Shown: positions 48,989 through 58,695 of the stretch, in pieces | Layout: each line of letters starts with the position of its first letter | Position numbering within the stretch: position 1 is the first letter of the stretch | Source: Bdellovibrionota bacterium | Lineage (GTDB): Bacteria > Bdellovibrionota_C > UBA2361 > JAAYZI01 | Direction: 5' to 3' | Length of the DNA stretch: 64,000 bases | Assembly: GCA_050950765.1 (NCBI GenBank) | Contig: JBMNIF010000002.1 | Coordinates: 544,001-608,000, forward strand | Notes under the pieces: generated by a model | Told to the model about the DNA's origin: nothing | What the model saw: only the letters and a program-made list of their open reading frames with translations | Database searches by the model: none | Made by a program: the position numbers and the translations under genes

Positions 48989-49663
48989 ATGAAACATTTA
49001 TTTATCCTTACTTTAATACTTATCACTTCTATGACTACTTCTTGTAGTCCCAGATGGCCCCACAGATACGATACCTTAGCGCCGCGCGCACCATTTCACG
49101 GCTTTGGAAAAGTTGTGGTCTTAGTACGTGATAATCGTGCTGAAGTTTTAAACGGCTTAAGGAACCCGCAAGATGTCGGTACTGTCGAATCAATGGGCAA
49201 AACATTTCCGATTGAGATAGCAACCGGTCACGCCTTTGCTCAAGATGTAGGAGTTTCCGTTTGTAATTCTCTGATAGGTAAAGGCTTTGAATGTGTCCCC
49301 CTTGTATCCGGCAGATCTGAGATTGCAGAAGAGTTAGATTACATTAAAGAAACGCAAGCTCCTGTCAGAACTTTATTTGTCACCGTTGAAGAGTGGAATG
49401 TTGAGGTCTTTGTTAAAACCCGTGTTCAATACAACTTTGCATTAAAAGTTTTTAATGCAAATGGAGAGACAAAGGCCTCACTTAACACGGCAGGAGAAGA
49501 GCAGCTCGGGAAAGTTACAACTCTCAACCCAGCTAAAGCAGCGAGTAGAAGCGCACCTGCGGTGCTAAACAACGTCTTAAGCTCTCTCTTAAGCCATTCT
49601 CAAGTAATTTCAAGTATGAATATGGTGCGTGATATCGATGTGCTGGGATCGCGTTATAAATAA
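48989..49663 (+). CDS. Putative lipoprotein
   Basis: Hydrophobic signal ending TTSC, followed by VVLVRDNR. Confidence 0.6.
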   Translation: MKHLFILTLILITSMTTSCSPRWPHRYDTLAPRAPFHGFGKVVVLVRDNRAEVLNGLRNPQDVGTVESMGKTFPIEIATGHAFAQDVGVSVCNSLIGKGFECVPLVSGRSEIAEELDYIKETQAPVRTLFVTVEEWNVEVFVKTRVQYNFALKVFNANGETKASLNTAGEEQLGKVTTLNPAKAASRSAPAVLNNVLSSLLSHSQVISSMNMVRDIDVLGSRYK

Positions 49664-49684
49664 TTTTTTTATAGGTTATACAAA

Positions 49685-50887
49685 ATGTCACTACAACTTT
49701 CGCAGCGAGCGTGCAATACGCCTCCCTCACCGATCAGACGGCTAGCGCATTTAGCAAAACAAGCTAAAGCAGCGGGTAATAAAGTCTACTCTCTTAATAT
49801 CGGACAACCTGATATTAAATCTCCAGAGGTTTTTTTTGAAGGATTACGTCACTACCAATCTGATGTACTGGAGTATGAAGTTTCTGAAGGAAACCGCATC
49901 TTACGTGAAGGATTAGCCGCTTATTTTAGCCGCACCTTAGATCTTGAACTCGTTTCTTGGCAATTTTTAATTACCACTGGTGCTAGTGAAGCTCTGATCT
50001 TTATATTTATGATCTGCTGTGATCCAGGTGACGAAGTTATGATCTTCGATCCGACCTATGCTAACTATATGGGTTTTGCTTCTATCTGCGGTGTTAATTT
50101 AATTTCACTTGTCACAAAGATGGAGAACAACTTTGCACTACCACCAGCTGAAGAGATAGTTAAGCGTATCACACCACGCACTCGGGCAATTTTATTATGC
50201 AGCCCCAACAATCCAACTGGTACTGTTTATAGTCGTGACGAGTTACGGATGCTACTTAACATCTGTGAGGAGCACGATATATTTTTAATTGTTGATGAAA
50301 CGTATCGAGAGATTATCTTTGACGGGTTAATGCCTTTTTCAATTTTACACCTCGGTGCACGTAACGATCGTGTAATTGTAGTTGATAGTCTATCTAAACG
50401 TTTTAGCCTTTGTGGCGCACGTATCGGATGCTTAATTACCAGTAATCAAGATGTTTTAGCGAAAGCTCTAAGTGTTGCACAAGCTCGTTTAGCAGCTCCA
50501 ACGATTGAACAATTTGCCGCTGCTTATATGTTAAAACACCTCCCCAATAACTACGTTGAAGGTATAAAAACAGAGTATGCCAAAAGACGTGATATCTTGT
50601 ATGAAGCCTTATGTAACCTCCCTGGGGTTTCTGCGTTTAAGCCACAAGGAGCTTTTTACACCTTAGTGCAACTACCTGTGGATGATGCTGAGAAGTTTGC
50701 TTCATTTATGCTTTCTCAATTTTCGTATGAACATGAAACTGTTTTTGTAGCCCCTGGAACAGGTTTTTATATGACAACGGAAGAGGGGCGCAATCGAGTG
50801 CGCTTAGCTTGTGTTTTAAATCCTGAAGATATGCGGAGATCGATTGAGGTCTTAGGAAGAGGTCTTATCGCTTATCAAAATATGTGA
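49685..50887 (+). CDS. PLP-dependent aminotransferase class I (aspartate aminotransferase-like)
   Basis: LNIGQPD, CSPNNPTG, VDETY, DSLSKRFSLCGARIG. Confidence 0.92.
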   Translation: MSLQLSQRACNTPPSPIRRLAHLAKQAKAAGNKVYSLNIGQPDIKSPEVFFEGLRHYQSDVLEYEVSEGNRILREGLAAYFSRTLDLELVSWQFLITTGASEALIFIFMICCDPGDEVMIFDPTYANYMGFASICGVNLISLVTKMENNFALPPAEEIVKRITPRTRAILLCSPNNPTGTVYSRDELRMLLNICEEHDIFLIVDETYREIIFDGLMPFSILHLGARNDRVIVVDSLSKRFSLCGARIGCLITSNQDVLAKALSVAQARLAAPTIEQFAAAYMLKHLPNNYVEGIKTEYAKRRDILYEALCNLPGVSAFKPQGAFYTLVQLPVDDAEKFASFMLSQFSYEHETVFVAPGTGFYMTTEEGRNRVRLACVLNPEDMRRSIEVLGRGLIAYQNM

Positions 50888-50926
50888 GCACTAGACACCG
50901 AACATAAAAAAGAGAGGTGCCTTTCT

Positions 50927-51904
50927 ATGCCGTTAGGACGTGATATTTTTGCAGAACGGATGATTCAAGCAGAGGCAAACCCTGTGCTTTTACTTGCTCC
51001 TATGCAAGGGATTACCACACCACTTTTTCGTAATGCCGTTATAAAACTTGGTGGTGTTGATTTAGTAGCAACGGAGTTTGTACGGATCGGGCAAGAGAAT
51101 CAGAAGGTACCCCCATTTGTCAGACACTCCGTGCCGCTACAAATTCAATTTATGGCAAAAGACCCTCAAGTTTTAGCAACGGTTATCCATAAAATGCAGC
51201 CGGAACAGATTAAGCCCGATGATTGGCTGGATTTAAATGCAGGGTGTCCCTCAAAACGTGTTAATTCACACGGCGCTGGCGCAGCCTTATTGTGCGATCC
51301 TAAAAAACTACGTCTGATGTTGGAAGAGATTAGAGGTGTTTGGCAAGGAGTTTTGTCTGTAAAGATTAGACTCGGTTTTAATTCAGTTACTGAATTTGAT
51401 ACTTTGCTAGAGGTTTTAAAAGACGCTCCTCTTGATTTTATCACTATCCATGCCAAGACAAGAGCTGCCGCAACTTTAGATTCAAGCGCTATCCATAAAG
51501 AGCTTTTAGCGCAAGCTACTCAAGTGCTACCGTTTCCTGTGATCGGTAATGGCGAGATCTGGAGTGCAGCAGAAGCTTTAACTTTAATAAAAGAGTGTGG
51601 TTTGCGCGGAGTTATGTTCGGACGACCTGCTATTGCTAATCCCTTTATCTTTAAAGAGGTTCGAGATCTATTAAATGGCTTACAACCATCTTCTAATGAA
51701 GAGCGTAAAAAGCAACTACTCTCTTTTATCAGATCTCTACTTAAAGAGTTTCAAGCTTTAAATAACCGTTCCCTTTGTGGCGCTTGGAAAGAGTTGTGTT
51801 TCTGGTTTTCAAAAAATCCCCTCCTCGATCTGACCTTATTTGAGAAAACAAAACGTCTTACTACCCTAACTCAATGTGAAGAGGTATTGTTAGATTTTGA
51901 TTAA
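50927..51904 (+). CDS. tRNA-dihydrouridine synthase family protein
   Basis: LAPMQG, DLNAGCP, SVKIRLG, IHAKT, IGNGEI, GVMFGR. Confidence 0.88.
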   Translation: MPLGRDIFAERMIQAEANPVLLLAPMQGITTPLFRNAVIKLGGVDLVATEFVRIGQENQKVPPFVRHSVPLQIQFMAKDPQVLATVIHKMQPEQIKPDDWLDLNAGCPSKRVNSHGAGAALLCDPKKLRLMLEEIRGVWQGVLSVKIRLGFNSVTEFDTLLEVLKDAPLDFITIHAKTRAAATLDSSAIHKELLAQATQVLPFPVIGNGEIWSAAEALTLIKECGLRGVMFGRPAIANPFIFKEVRDLLNGLQPSSNEERKKQLLSFIRSLLKEFQALNNRSLCGAWKELCFWFSKNPLLDLTLFEKTKRLTTLTQCEEVLLDFD

Positions 51905-52023
51905 AGTTTAATCTCTTTTAGATAAGAAATTGAACTTGCTTTTTACTACAAAAGAACATAATTCTTCTGACTCTCTTTTTTTTAAACAGATAGACGGTAT
52001 TAAAATAATTATAGTTATAAGAT

Positions 52024-52953
52024 ATGGAAAAACACGCAAAAACTATTATTCTCGGATCGGGGCCTGCTGGGCTAACGGCAGCTATCTATGCTGCTAGGGG
52101 TCGCCTAAAACCCCTCCTCTTTGAAGGTCCTCAAATAGGAGGGCAACTTGCCGCCACCTCTGAGATAGAAAATTTCCCTGGTTTCCCTGACGGGATTTCT
52201 GGTTATGACCTCTCGGAGCTTTTTAAAAAACAGGCTCTTAAATTTGGAACTGAGATAGTTTCAGACACAGTCACGGCTGTTGATCTTTTAACTCATCCTT
52301 TTACCATACGCACCACTACTGACACTACCTTTAGTTGCGATTCATTGATTATAGCTTGCGGATCAGGCAAGCGGCTCTGGGGCATTGCAGGAGAAACTGA
52401 ACTTTTCGGTTACGGAGTTTCAACGTGTGCTACATGTGACGGTGCTTTCTTTAAAGATGTGCCTGTGGCTGTGATAGGAGGCGGTAATTCTGCTTGTAAG
52501 GAAGCTCTCTTCTTAACCCGTTTTGCTTCAAAAGTTTTTATTATTAATCAAAGTGATTCATTTGAAGCTTTACCTGATACGCTTCATAGTATCAATGAAA
52601 ATAGTAAAATTGAACCTATTTTTGAGACACGTGTCACAAAAATAAACGGCACCAAAGCCGCAGGGGTGACATCAATTGAGGTCGTAAACGACAAGTTAAA
52701 GAGCACTAAAACTTTGGAATGCGCCGCTGTTTTTATTGCTAGCGGTTATAAACCGAATTCAGAACTTTTTATAAATCAACTGGAACTTGATGAAAAAGGG
52801 TATATTATTACAAAGCCTGACTCCACAGCTACTAATATAGATGGCGTTTTTGCTTGTGGTGATATCCGCCTTGCTAACCTTCATCAAGTAGCAACAGCAG
52901 TTGGAAGCGGCTGTTTAGCTGCACTTGAAGTTGAAAAGTGGTTAAAACACTAA
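52024..52953 (+). CDS. trxB: Thioredoxin reductase family flavoprotein
   Basis: GSGPAGLTAAIYAAR, IENFPGF, CATCDG, GGGNSA, GVFACGD. The HRRD motif is replaced by NQSD. Confidence 0.88.
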   Translation: MEKHAKTIILGSGPAGLTAAIYAARGRLKPLLFEGPQIGGQLAATSEIENFPGFPDGISGYDLSELFKKQALKFGTEIVSDTVTAVDLLTHPFTIRTTTDTTFSCDSLIIACGSGKRLWGIAGETELFGYGVSTCATCDGAFFKDVPVAVIGGGNSACKEALFLTRFASKVFIINQSDSFEALPDTLHSINENSKIEPIFETRVTKINGTKAAGVTSIEVVNDKLKSTKTLECAAVFIASGYKPNSELFINQLELDEKGYIITKPDSTATNIDGVFACGDIRLANLHQVATAVGSGCLAALEVEKWLKH

Positions 52954-52977
52954 TAGGAAATTGATAGCAAATTACGA

Positions 52978-53011
52978 AGGTAGCCAAAGCATTTTTTTAC
53001 TTTGGCTACCT
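52978..53011. terminator. Hairpin between the convergent trxB and atpE genes
   Basis: AGGTAGCCAAAG-N10-CTTTGGCTACCT. Confidence 0.65.
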
Positions 53012-53046
53012 AAGTAAAGAGATACAACTTGTATCTTAATCGTATC

Positions 53047-53361
53047 TTATAATTTTATGAAAGCTATAACGAATCCGAGAATAACTAGGGATTCAACTAA
53101 CGCCAAACCTATAATCATAGCCGTTTGAATTTTGCCTGCGATAGACGGGTTTCTCCCCATAGCTTCTACACTGGCAATAATAGCACGCCCCTGTGCATAG
53201 GTACCACTAATGATAGCTATACTCATTAACCCCGCGATAGCAAACGGTGTCGTCCAGTCGGGACTACTTTCAGCAGCAGTTTCAGCCTCTGCTAATGCTA
53301 ACGGTGCAAACGTCAACAAAGCGGTTAAAGAAGCAACAATGCCTAAAAGATATTTTTTCAT
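53047..53361 (-). CDS. atpE: ATP synthase F0 subunit c
   Basis: AQGRA...GRNP...GLALVESL. The start is refined to MKKYLL (ORF track: 53418). Confidence 0.9.
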   Translation of the reverse strand: MKKYLLGIVASLTALLTFAPLALAEAETAAESSPDWTTPFAIAGLMSIAIISGTYAQGRAIIASVEAMGRNPSIAGKIQTAMIIGLALVESLVILGFVIAFIKL

Positions 53362-53414
53362 CTTCAATCCTCTATTCATAAAAAACCCCTCCGCTTTATT
53401 GCGACGGGAAAAAA

Positions 53415-54131
53415 TCATTCCTCTTCAGAATGTTGTACAGCAAGTTGTATATAAATCATTGTCAGCGTTGTAAAAACAAATGCTTGAACAAACGCTACAA
53501 AGGCACCAAGAAAATACGCCGCTACCCCTAGTAATGGATATATCTCCATAAAAACTGACATGATAATATGATCAGCAGAGATGTTCCAGTAAAGACGTAA
53601 ATTCAAAGTTAAAACTCTTAAGCAGGTACTAATAGCCTCGATCACAAATATCAATGGCGCTAATGCTAAAATCGGTCCACCAAAGTGTTTTAAATACCCG
53701 ATTAATCCGTTTACTTTAACTCCGAGATAATTAAAGTAACAGAAAACGACTAGCGCCACGCCGATATTAACTGCAACTGTTGTTGTAATCGCCGCCATAC
53801 CGGGGATAAGACCGAGTAAATTAGCTGAAAGTAAAAAGAGAAAGACACTGCCGCAAAACGGAGCGTACTTTCTATTTTCAACACCTAAGATAGTGTCTTG
53901 ATAGTGAACGAAGGTTTCAACAAAAAAATCAAAAAATCCGACAAGTGAAAATTTTTTTGGTACAATATACCTTTCTCTTTTTGATACACTTGAAACACGA
54001 CCATAAGCGAGAGCTGCCATAAGAAATAAAAACAGCGCCAACAAAACAGCAGAGACAAACTTCTGCCTGATAGGATCGTCAATAATAGTACCTATAAAAG
54101 TAAAATGATCGTGCATAAATTTCTCAACCAC
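53415..54131 (-). CDS. atpB: ATP synthase F0 subunit a
   Basis: NLLGLIPG, LRVLTLNLRLYWNISADH, QAFVFTTLTMIYI. Confidence 0.9.
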   Translation of the reverse strand: MVEKFMHDHFTFIGTIIDDPIRQKFVSAVLLALFLFLMAALAYGRVSSVSKRERYIVPKKFSLVGFFDFFVETFVHYQDTILGVENRKYAPFCGSVFLFLLSANLLGLIPGMAAITTTVAVNIGVALVVFCYFNYLGVKVNGLIGYLKHFGGPILALAPLIFVIEAISTCLRVLTLNLRLYWNISADHIIMSVFMEIYPLLGVAAYFLGAFVAFVQAFVFTTLTMIYIQLAVQHSEEE

Positions 54132-54943
54132 TACAACTTAGTAGATTCAGAAACTAGCCAAAAAACCGCAAAAACAACATTAACTAATATTTCCGAGACA
54201 CTAATTTTTATTAACGGTATAACACCAAAAACAAGCTGGCACATGCTAACAAATTTAATATCTTAGATAAAGGCTAGTTTTTTATAAAAGGGTGTAATTA
54301 TAACAATGTTACAAAAGAAAAAGAGCGCTTCCTTTTGCCTTTGTAAGTAATCAATTTTATAAATTTTACCCTTTCCTTTTTCGCTTTTGAGGGATCCCTT
54401 ACTTTAGGTAACTTGTAGTAAGTTTTTTTTTCTTTTCATAAACGCTTATTTTTAATAGCAATGCCGTGCGGATAATTTTTTTTTTCAAACTAACCCTTGT
54501 TTTTTAATTTTCTAATACGATAAATACAAAAGTCTGCGCCTGAATAGATAACAGGTTATAAAAAATTCTCTTAAGTAGAATAGAACTAATTTTTATTATG
54601 TTTTTGTGTTCACGTTTTTATATTTGGGTCGGGTGTGGCAGTCGGATCATTTTATGACGTTACATTAGACGGGTAAGATAGTGTGGCGTTTCATATCTTC
54701 GTGTTTTGTTTTTACTGTTTTTACATAACGTAGTTGGTAACAGATTTTTAAGATATTTTTAAAACAAAGAAGATCCGTAGCTGCGAGAAAGTTATATGTA
54801 TTTAGGCTGATCTAATCTGCTTTACTTATTAAAGGGGAAAATCACCTTTAATCTAGCAACACTATTTTGCTGTAATATCTGGTTGTGAGGTTTTGTTGTA
54901 ATATTATTTGAAGATTGCTTGGTCATAAATAACTATAACTTTA

Positions 54944-54991
54944 AGTGTATAAGGGGGGGGGTTATCCCTTAGTGTTAGGCTAAGTGGATAA
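54944..54991 (+). promoter_or_regulatory. DnaA-box-like sites and a G9 tract in the dnaA leader
   Basis: AGTGTATAA (54944), G9 (54953-54961), TTATCCCTT (54962), AGTGGATAA (54983). Confidence 0.5.
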
Positions 54992-55010
54992 TTTAAAGGA
55001 GTAATTAGGA

Positions 55011-56432
55011 ATGAAGGGGTCAAGCATCAGTTTAGCACTGGATCTGTCTGCACCGAGTTGGCCTGCTCAATGTTGGGAAATGGGGTTAGCTGTTTTAAAA
55101 GCAGAGTTAGATCCTCAGATCTTTGCTGCTTATATTCAACCACTTAAATTTAGTTCCTACGATGAAAAAACTTTTGAATGCACCGTTCTTGCTCCGTCTA
55201 AATTAGTTTGTAGACACGTTATAGATAATTTTAAAGATAAAATTACGCAGGCACTCTCTGCTCAGTCAGGAATTCCAGATCTAGTTATAAATTTTACAGT
55301 TGATGATTCGGCAACGCTCTTTGACTCTAACACTCGCACTAGCCCCTATGTTGTTGTAAAACGTTATAAGGCAAAGGAGGACTCTAAGCCTATTGTTAAC
55401 CCAACGCCACTAACGATAGATCCGAAATATACCTTTGATAATTTCGTGGTCGGAAACAGTAATCAGTTTTGTCACGCTGCTGCCATGCGAGTAGCTGAAG
55501 CCCCTGGGTGTCATTACAATCCCCTCTTTATATATAGCGGTGTAGGTCTCGGTAAAACTCACCTCCTACACGCTATCGGAAATGCAGTCTTAAAAAAGAA
55601 TCCTAGTGCTAAAGTTTTGTATACATCTTCTGAAGCGTTTACAAATGAACTGATTCAATCGTTACGACTTGGAACGATGGAGCTCTTTAAAAATAAGATG
55701 CGCGGTATGGATCTGTTACTAATAGACGACATCCAGTTCTTGTGTGGCAAAGAGCGTACTCAAGAGGAGTTTTTCCACACCTTTAACGCCTTATACGGAG
55801 CTAAACATCAGATAGTTATTACATCCGATAAGTTGCCACAAGAGATCCCAGATTTAGAAGAGCGCTTAAGAACTCGCTTTTCTTGGGGCTTAACTGCAGA
55901 TTTACAAGCTCCTGATTTTGAAACGAGAATGGCGATTTTAAATAGAAAAGCAGCCGTTGACGGCTTTACATTACCGATTAATGTCAGCGCTTTAATTGCA
56001 GAACGGATCTCTTCAAACGTAAGAGAGCTTGAAGGCGCTTTAACACGTTTAAACGCTGTAAGTAGTTTACGTAATGTACCGATTACGGAAGACTTAGCAT
56101 ATTCTGCTTTACGTGATTTATTGGAACCTAAATATATTAACCTTAGTGTTGATGATATTAAAAAAGCTGTTTGCACTCACTTTAATTTAAAAGTTTCAGA
56201 TCTTGTTTCAAAACGAAGAACTAGAAACATCGCATATCCACGTCATATCGCCATGTTCCTTTGTAGAAAACACACCCCCGCCTCTTATCCTGAGATAGGT
56301 TCTAAGTTCGGCGGAAGAGATCACTCCAGTGTTATTCACGCTACAAATGTGATTTCAACCAAGATACAGAGCGATCATGAAACAAAAACCGCCGTTGAAG
56401 GTATTGAGAAAGCGTTGTTGGGAGTAAGATAG
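55011..56432 (+). CDS. dnaA: Chromosomal replication initiator DnaA
   Basis: YTFDNFVVG.SN, YNPLFIYSGVGLGKTHL, LLIDDIQF, SNVRELEGAL, FGGRDHSSVIHA. Confidence 0.98.
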   Translation: MKGSSISLALDLSAPSWPAQCWEMGLAVLKAELDPQIFAAYIQPLKFSSYDEKTFECTVLAPSKLVCRHVIDNFKDKITQALSAQSGIPDLVINFTVDDSATLFDSNTRTSPYVVVKRYKAKEDSKPIVNPTPLTIDPKYTFDNFVVGNSNQFCHAAAMRVAEAPGCHYNPLFIYSGVGLGKTHLLHAIGNAVLKKNPSAKVLYTSSEAFTNELIQSLRLGTMELFKNKMRGMDLLLIDDIQFLCGKERTQEEFFHTFNALYGAKHQIVITSDKLPQEIPDLEERLRTRFSWGLTADLQAPDFETRMAILNRKAAVDGFTLPINVSALIAERISSNVRELEGALTRLNAVSSLRNVPITEDLAYSALRDLLEPKYINLSVDDIKKAVCTHFNLKVSDLVSKRRTRNIAYPRHIAMFLCRKHTPASYPEIGSKFGGRDHSSVIHATNVISTKIQSDHETKTAVEGIEKALLGVR

Positions 56433-56550
56433 TTTTTCACTAAAGAAGGAAGTTATAAAGTCTTTAACACCGTATACAAAAGCGTGTGTTAAGGCTTTAC
56501 GCCCCTTTAAATTACACCCTTTACAGGCAAGGGGAGATCTGCTGCTTTTT

Positions 56551-56681
56551 TTACCTCACACTAAACCTAACAAAAAGGGCTCCTCTCACTCCTCGCAATA
56601 ACCTTACTGCCTTGCCTGAGCTTTTTACCTTACACTAAACCTAACAAAAGGGCTCCACTCACTCCTCGCAATAACCTTCCT
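56551..56681. repeat. Duplication of the last ~56 bp of the RCC1 gene, placed downstream of its stop (74-bp period)
   Basis: TTACCT(C/T)ACACTAAACCTAACAAAA(A)GGGCTCC(T/A)CTCACTCCTCGCAATAACCTT at 56551 and 56625. Confidence 0.9.
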
Positions 56682-56867
56682 ACCCTGTTTTAACGTAACC
56701 CTATAACGCACCTGATAAAGTCCTCTAAAGACCTTGCTTTTATAACGTGGATGTAAAGTTTTCAGCTCTATCGTTTTTAAAATATCTCTATTTGAAAATC
56801 TTTTTAAGGTTAGTTCATAAATAACTTTAACTTTAGCAGGCTTAAACTTAGCATCATCAATCTGCAA

Positions 56868-58695
56868 CCTAAATTCCGCAATTTTTATCTTTTCTCCATT
56901 CCAGAAATAAGCCACCGTATTTTTTATTGATATTTTAGTTAGTTATATATTTTTCTATATTGACATTTCCTGTTTGTATGGTATGATTGCCCTATACATA
57001 TTAGGGAGGTTTTTTATGAAAAAAATAACTAAAAAAGTTGACTTACCAGATAGGCAAATTGCTCGTAAGAAAAACAAAAATGGGACTACTTATATCTATT
57101 ACAGGATGAACTTTCGTCGTGAAAATGGAGAGCCTACGTTTGATGAAATAGGTATAGGGAAGCTAGATGAAAGCGGTAAGAAATTAATTCCTAATAGAAA
57201 TTACTATGATTTGTTTCCAGATGATTCTAATAGATATGTTATTAGCAATAAATCTTTTGGTCTTACTTATGTTTTAAATAAGATTGTAAAAGATTTAAGG
57301 TTAGACAAGACATTGCTTTCAATTTTTGGAAATGACACATACGAGATTTTAACTTTAGCGTTTTATATTCTAGCAAATGGAAATGTAGTATCACATGCTT
57401 CAAGTTGGATAGATGATAGTGTCTTACCATATGAAATTTCTGAATTAACAAGTCAAAAAATAAGTCGTCTTTTTGAACGTATTGACTACGAGAAAAGACT
57501 TAATTTTTTTAAGAAATGGACGAAGCGATATTTAGCTCAAGAATGTTGGTATTATGACGTAACTTCCATATCTTCTTATAGTAAAAAAATAAGCATATTG
57601 GAGTTTGGCTATAATAGGGATATGGATAAATTGCCGCAAATAAATATAGGTATGTGCTACGGCTCTACAACGAAGCTTCCTTTATTCTATCAAGTTTATA
57701 ATGGCAGCATTACAGATAAGACATATTTTAGTTTTCTTTTAAGAGACTTTCCATTTATTAGTCTTAATAATCGTATTAACCTTGTTACGGATCAAGGTTT
57801 TGTGACGCAAGATAATTTAGCGGAAGTAGCAAATGAAGAAGGGCAAAAGTTTGGACTACTTTGTCCTTTGCCACTATATTGGAATGACGCTAAAAGAATA
57901 TTAGAAAATCACACTGCACTTATTAAGCAAGATGCTAATTATATAAAAGGAACCTCTACTTTTGGTTGTTCTGTAATAGATACTGTTATGGGACAACCTG
58001 TAAAGATTTATGTTTATTACAATATGGGAAAGGCGCCATATGAGATAGTTCAATTTTACGAGAAAATTTCTAGAATGGAAGAAGAGTTAGAAGAACTGAA
58101 AAAATTAAAATACTCTTTGCTGGATCGTAAAAAATATAGGAAATATTTTGATATTAAAATAAATGAAGATGGTTTCACTTATGAAAAAAAATCAGAAGCT
58201 ATAGATGAATACTTGAGAAATTGTGGCTTCTTAATTTTGATTGGTATTGGTTGTGATTCAAATCCGAGTGAAGCACTTTTTCGTTATCGTCAAAAAGATG
58301 TAATTGAAAAACAATTTTTCCAGCTAAAAAATGAAATTGATTTTAGAAGACTTAAAACACATAATCTTCAAACCACAGAAGGAAAACTTTTTGTTGGATT
58401 TTTAGCTCTTATACTTAGAAGTTATATTCTTAATTTACTTAAAAATGATACAAGGCAAAAAAAGTTTAATATACCTGATGTCATTAAAGAGCTTCAAAAA
58501 ATTAAAGTTATAGAAACTAAAAATGGCAGTAAATTAATGGTTCCGTTAACAAAAAAACAAAAGGATATTTTGAAAATTTTCAATATTGAAGAAGATGACT
58601 TTCTAAAAAGTATTTTTAAGAAAAAGTAAGATTATACCGCTCGAAAGCTACCTTTAAAAACACGTTTGTATGGTATAATTTCGCGGGAATTCAGG
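56868..58695 (+). mobile_element. IS1634-family insertion sequence (1828 bp)
   Basis: Termini CCTAAATTCCGCA / GCGGGAATTCAGG form an imperfect inverted repeat; 6-bp TSD CTGCAA at 56862-56867 and 58696-58701; more AT-rich than the flanks. Confidence 0.92.
57016..58629 (+). CDS. IS1634 family transposase
   Basis: YDVTSISSYS, FGYNRD..KLPQINIG, GSITD, VTDQGF, YRQKDVIEKQFFQLKN, GKLFVGFLAL. ATG at 57016 follows GGAGG (ORF track: 56974). Confidence 0.93.
   Translation: MKKITKKVDLPDRQIARKKNKNGTTYIYYRMNFRRENGEPTFDEIGIGKLDESGKKLIPNRNYYDLFPDDSNRYVISNKSFGLTYVLNKIVKDLRLDKTLLSIFGNDTYEILTLAFYILANGNVVSHASSWIDDSVLPYEISELTSQKISRLFERIDYEKRLNFFKKWTKRYLAQECWYYDVTSISSYSKKISILEFGYNRDMDKLPQINIGMCYGSTTKLPLFYQVYNGSITDKTYFSFLLRDFPFISLNNRINLVTDQGFVTQDNLAEVANEEGQKFGLLCPLPLYWNDAKRILENHTALIKQDANYIKGTSTFGCSVIDTVMGQPVKIYVYYNMGKAPYEIVQFYEKISRMEEELEELKKLKYSLLDRKKYRKYFDIKINEDGFTYEKKSEAIDEYLRNCGFLILIGIGCDSNPSEALFRYRQKDVIEKQFFQLKNEIDFRRLKTHNLQTTEGKLFVGFLALILRSYILNLLKNDTRQKKFNIPDVIKELQKIKVIETKNGSKLMVPLTKKQKDILKIFNIEEDDFLKSIFKKK

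Noticed and set aside
54400..54440. rpmH (L34) upstream of dnaA
   Set aside because: The minus-strand ATG reads MKRKKNLLQVT-stop, with no L34 similarity.
56625..56915. Independent 96-aa gene
   Set aside because: Its first ~16 codons come from the IS left end, and the rest is the severed C-terminus of the RCC1 gene.
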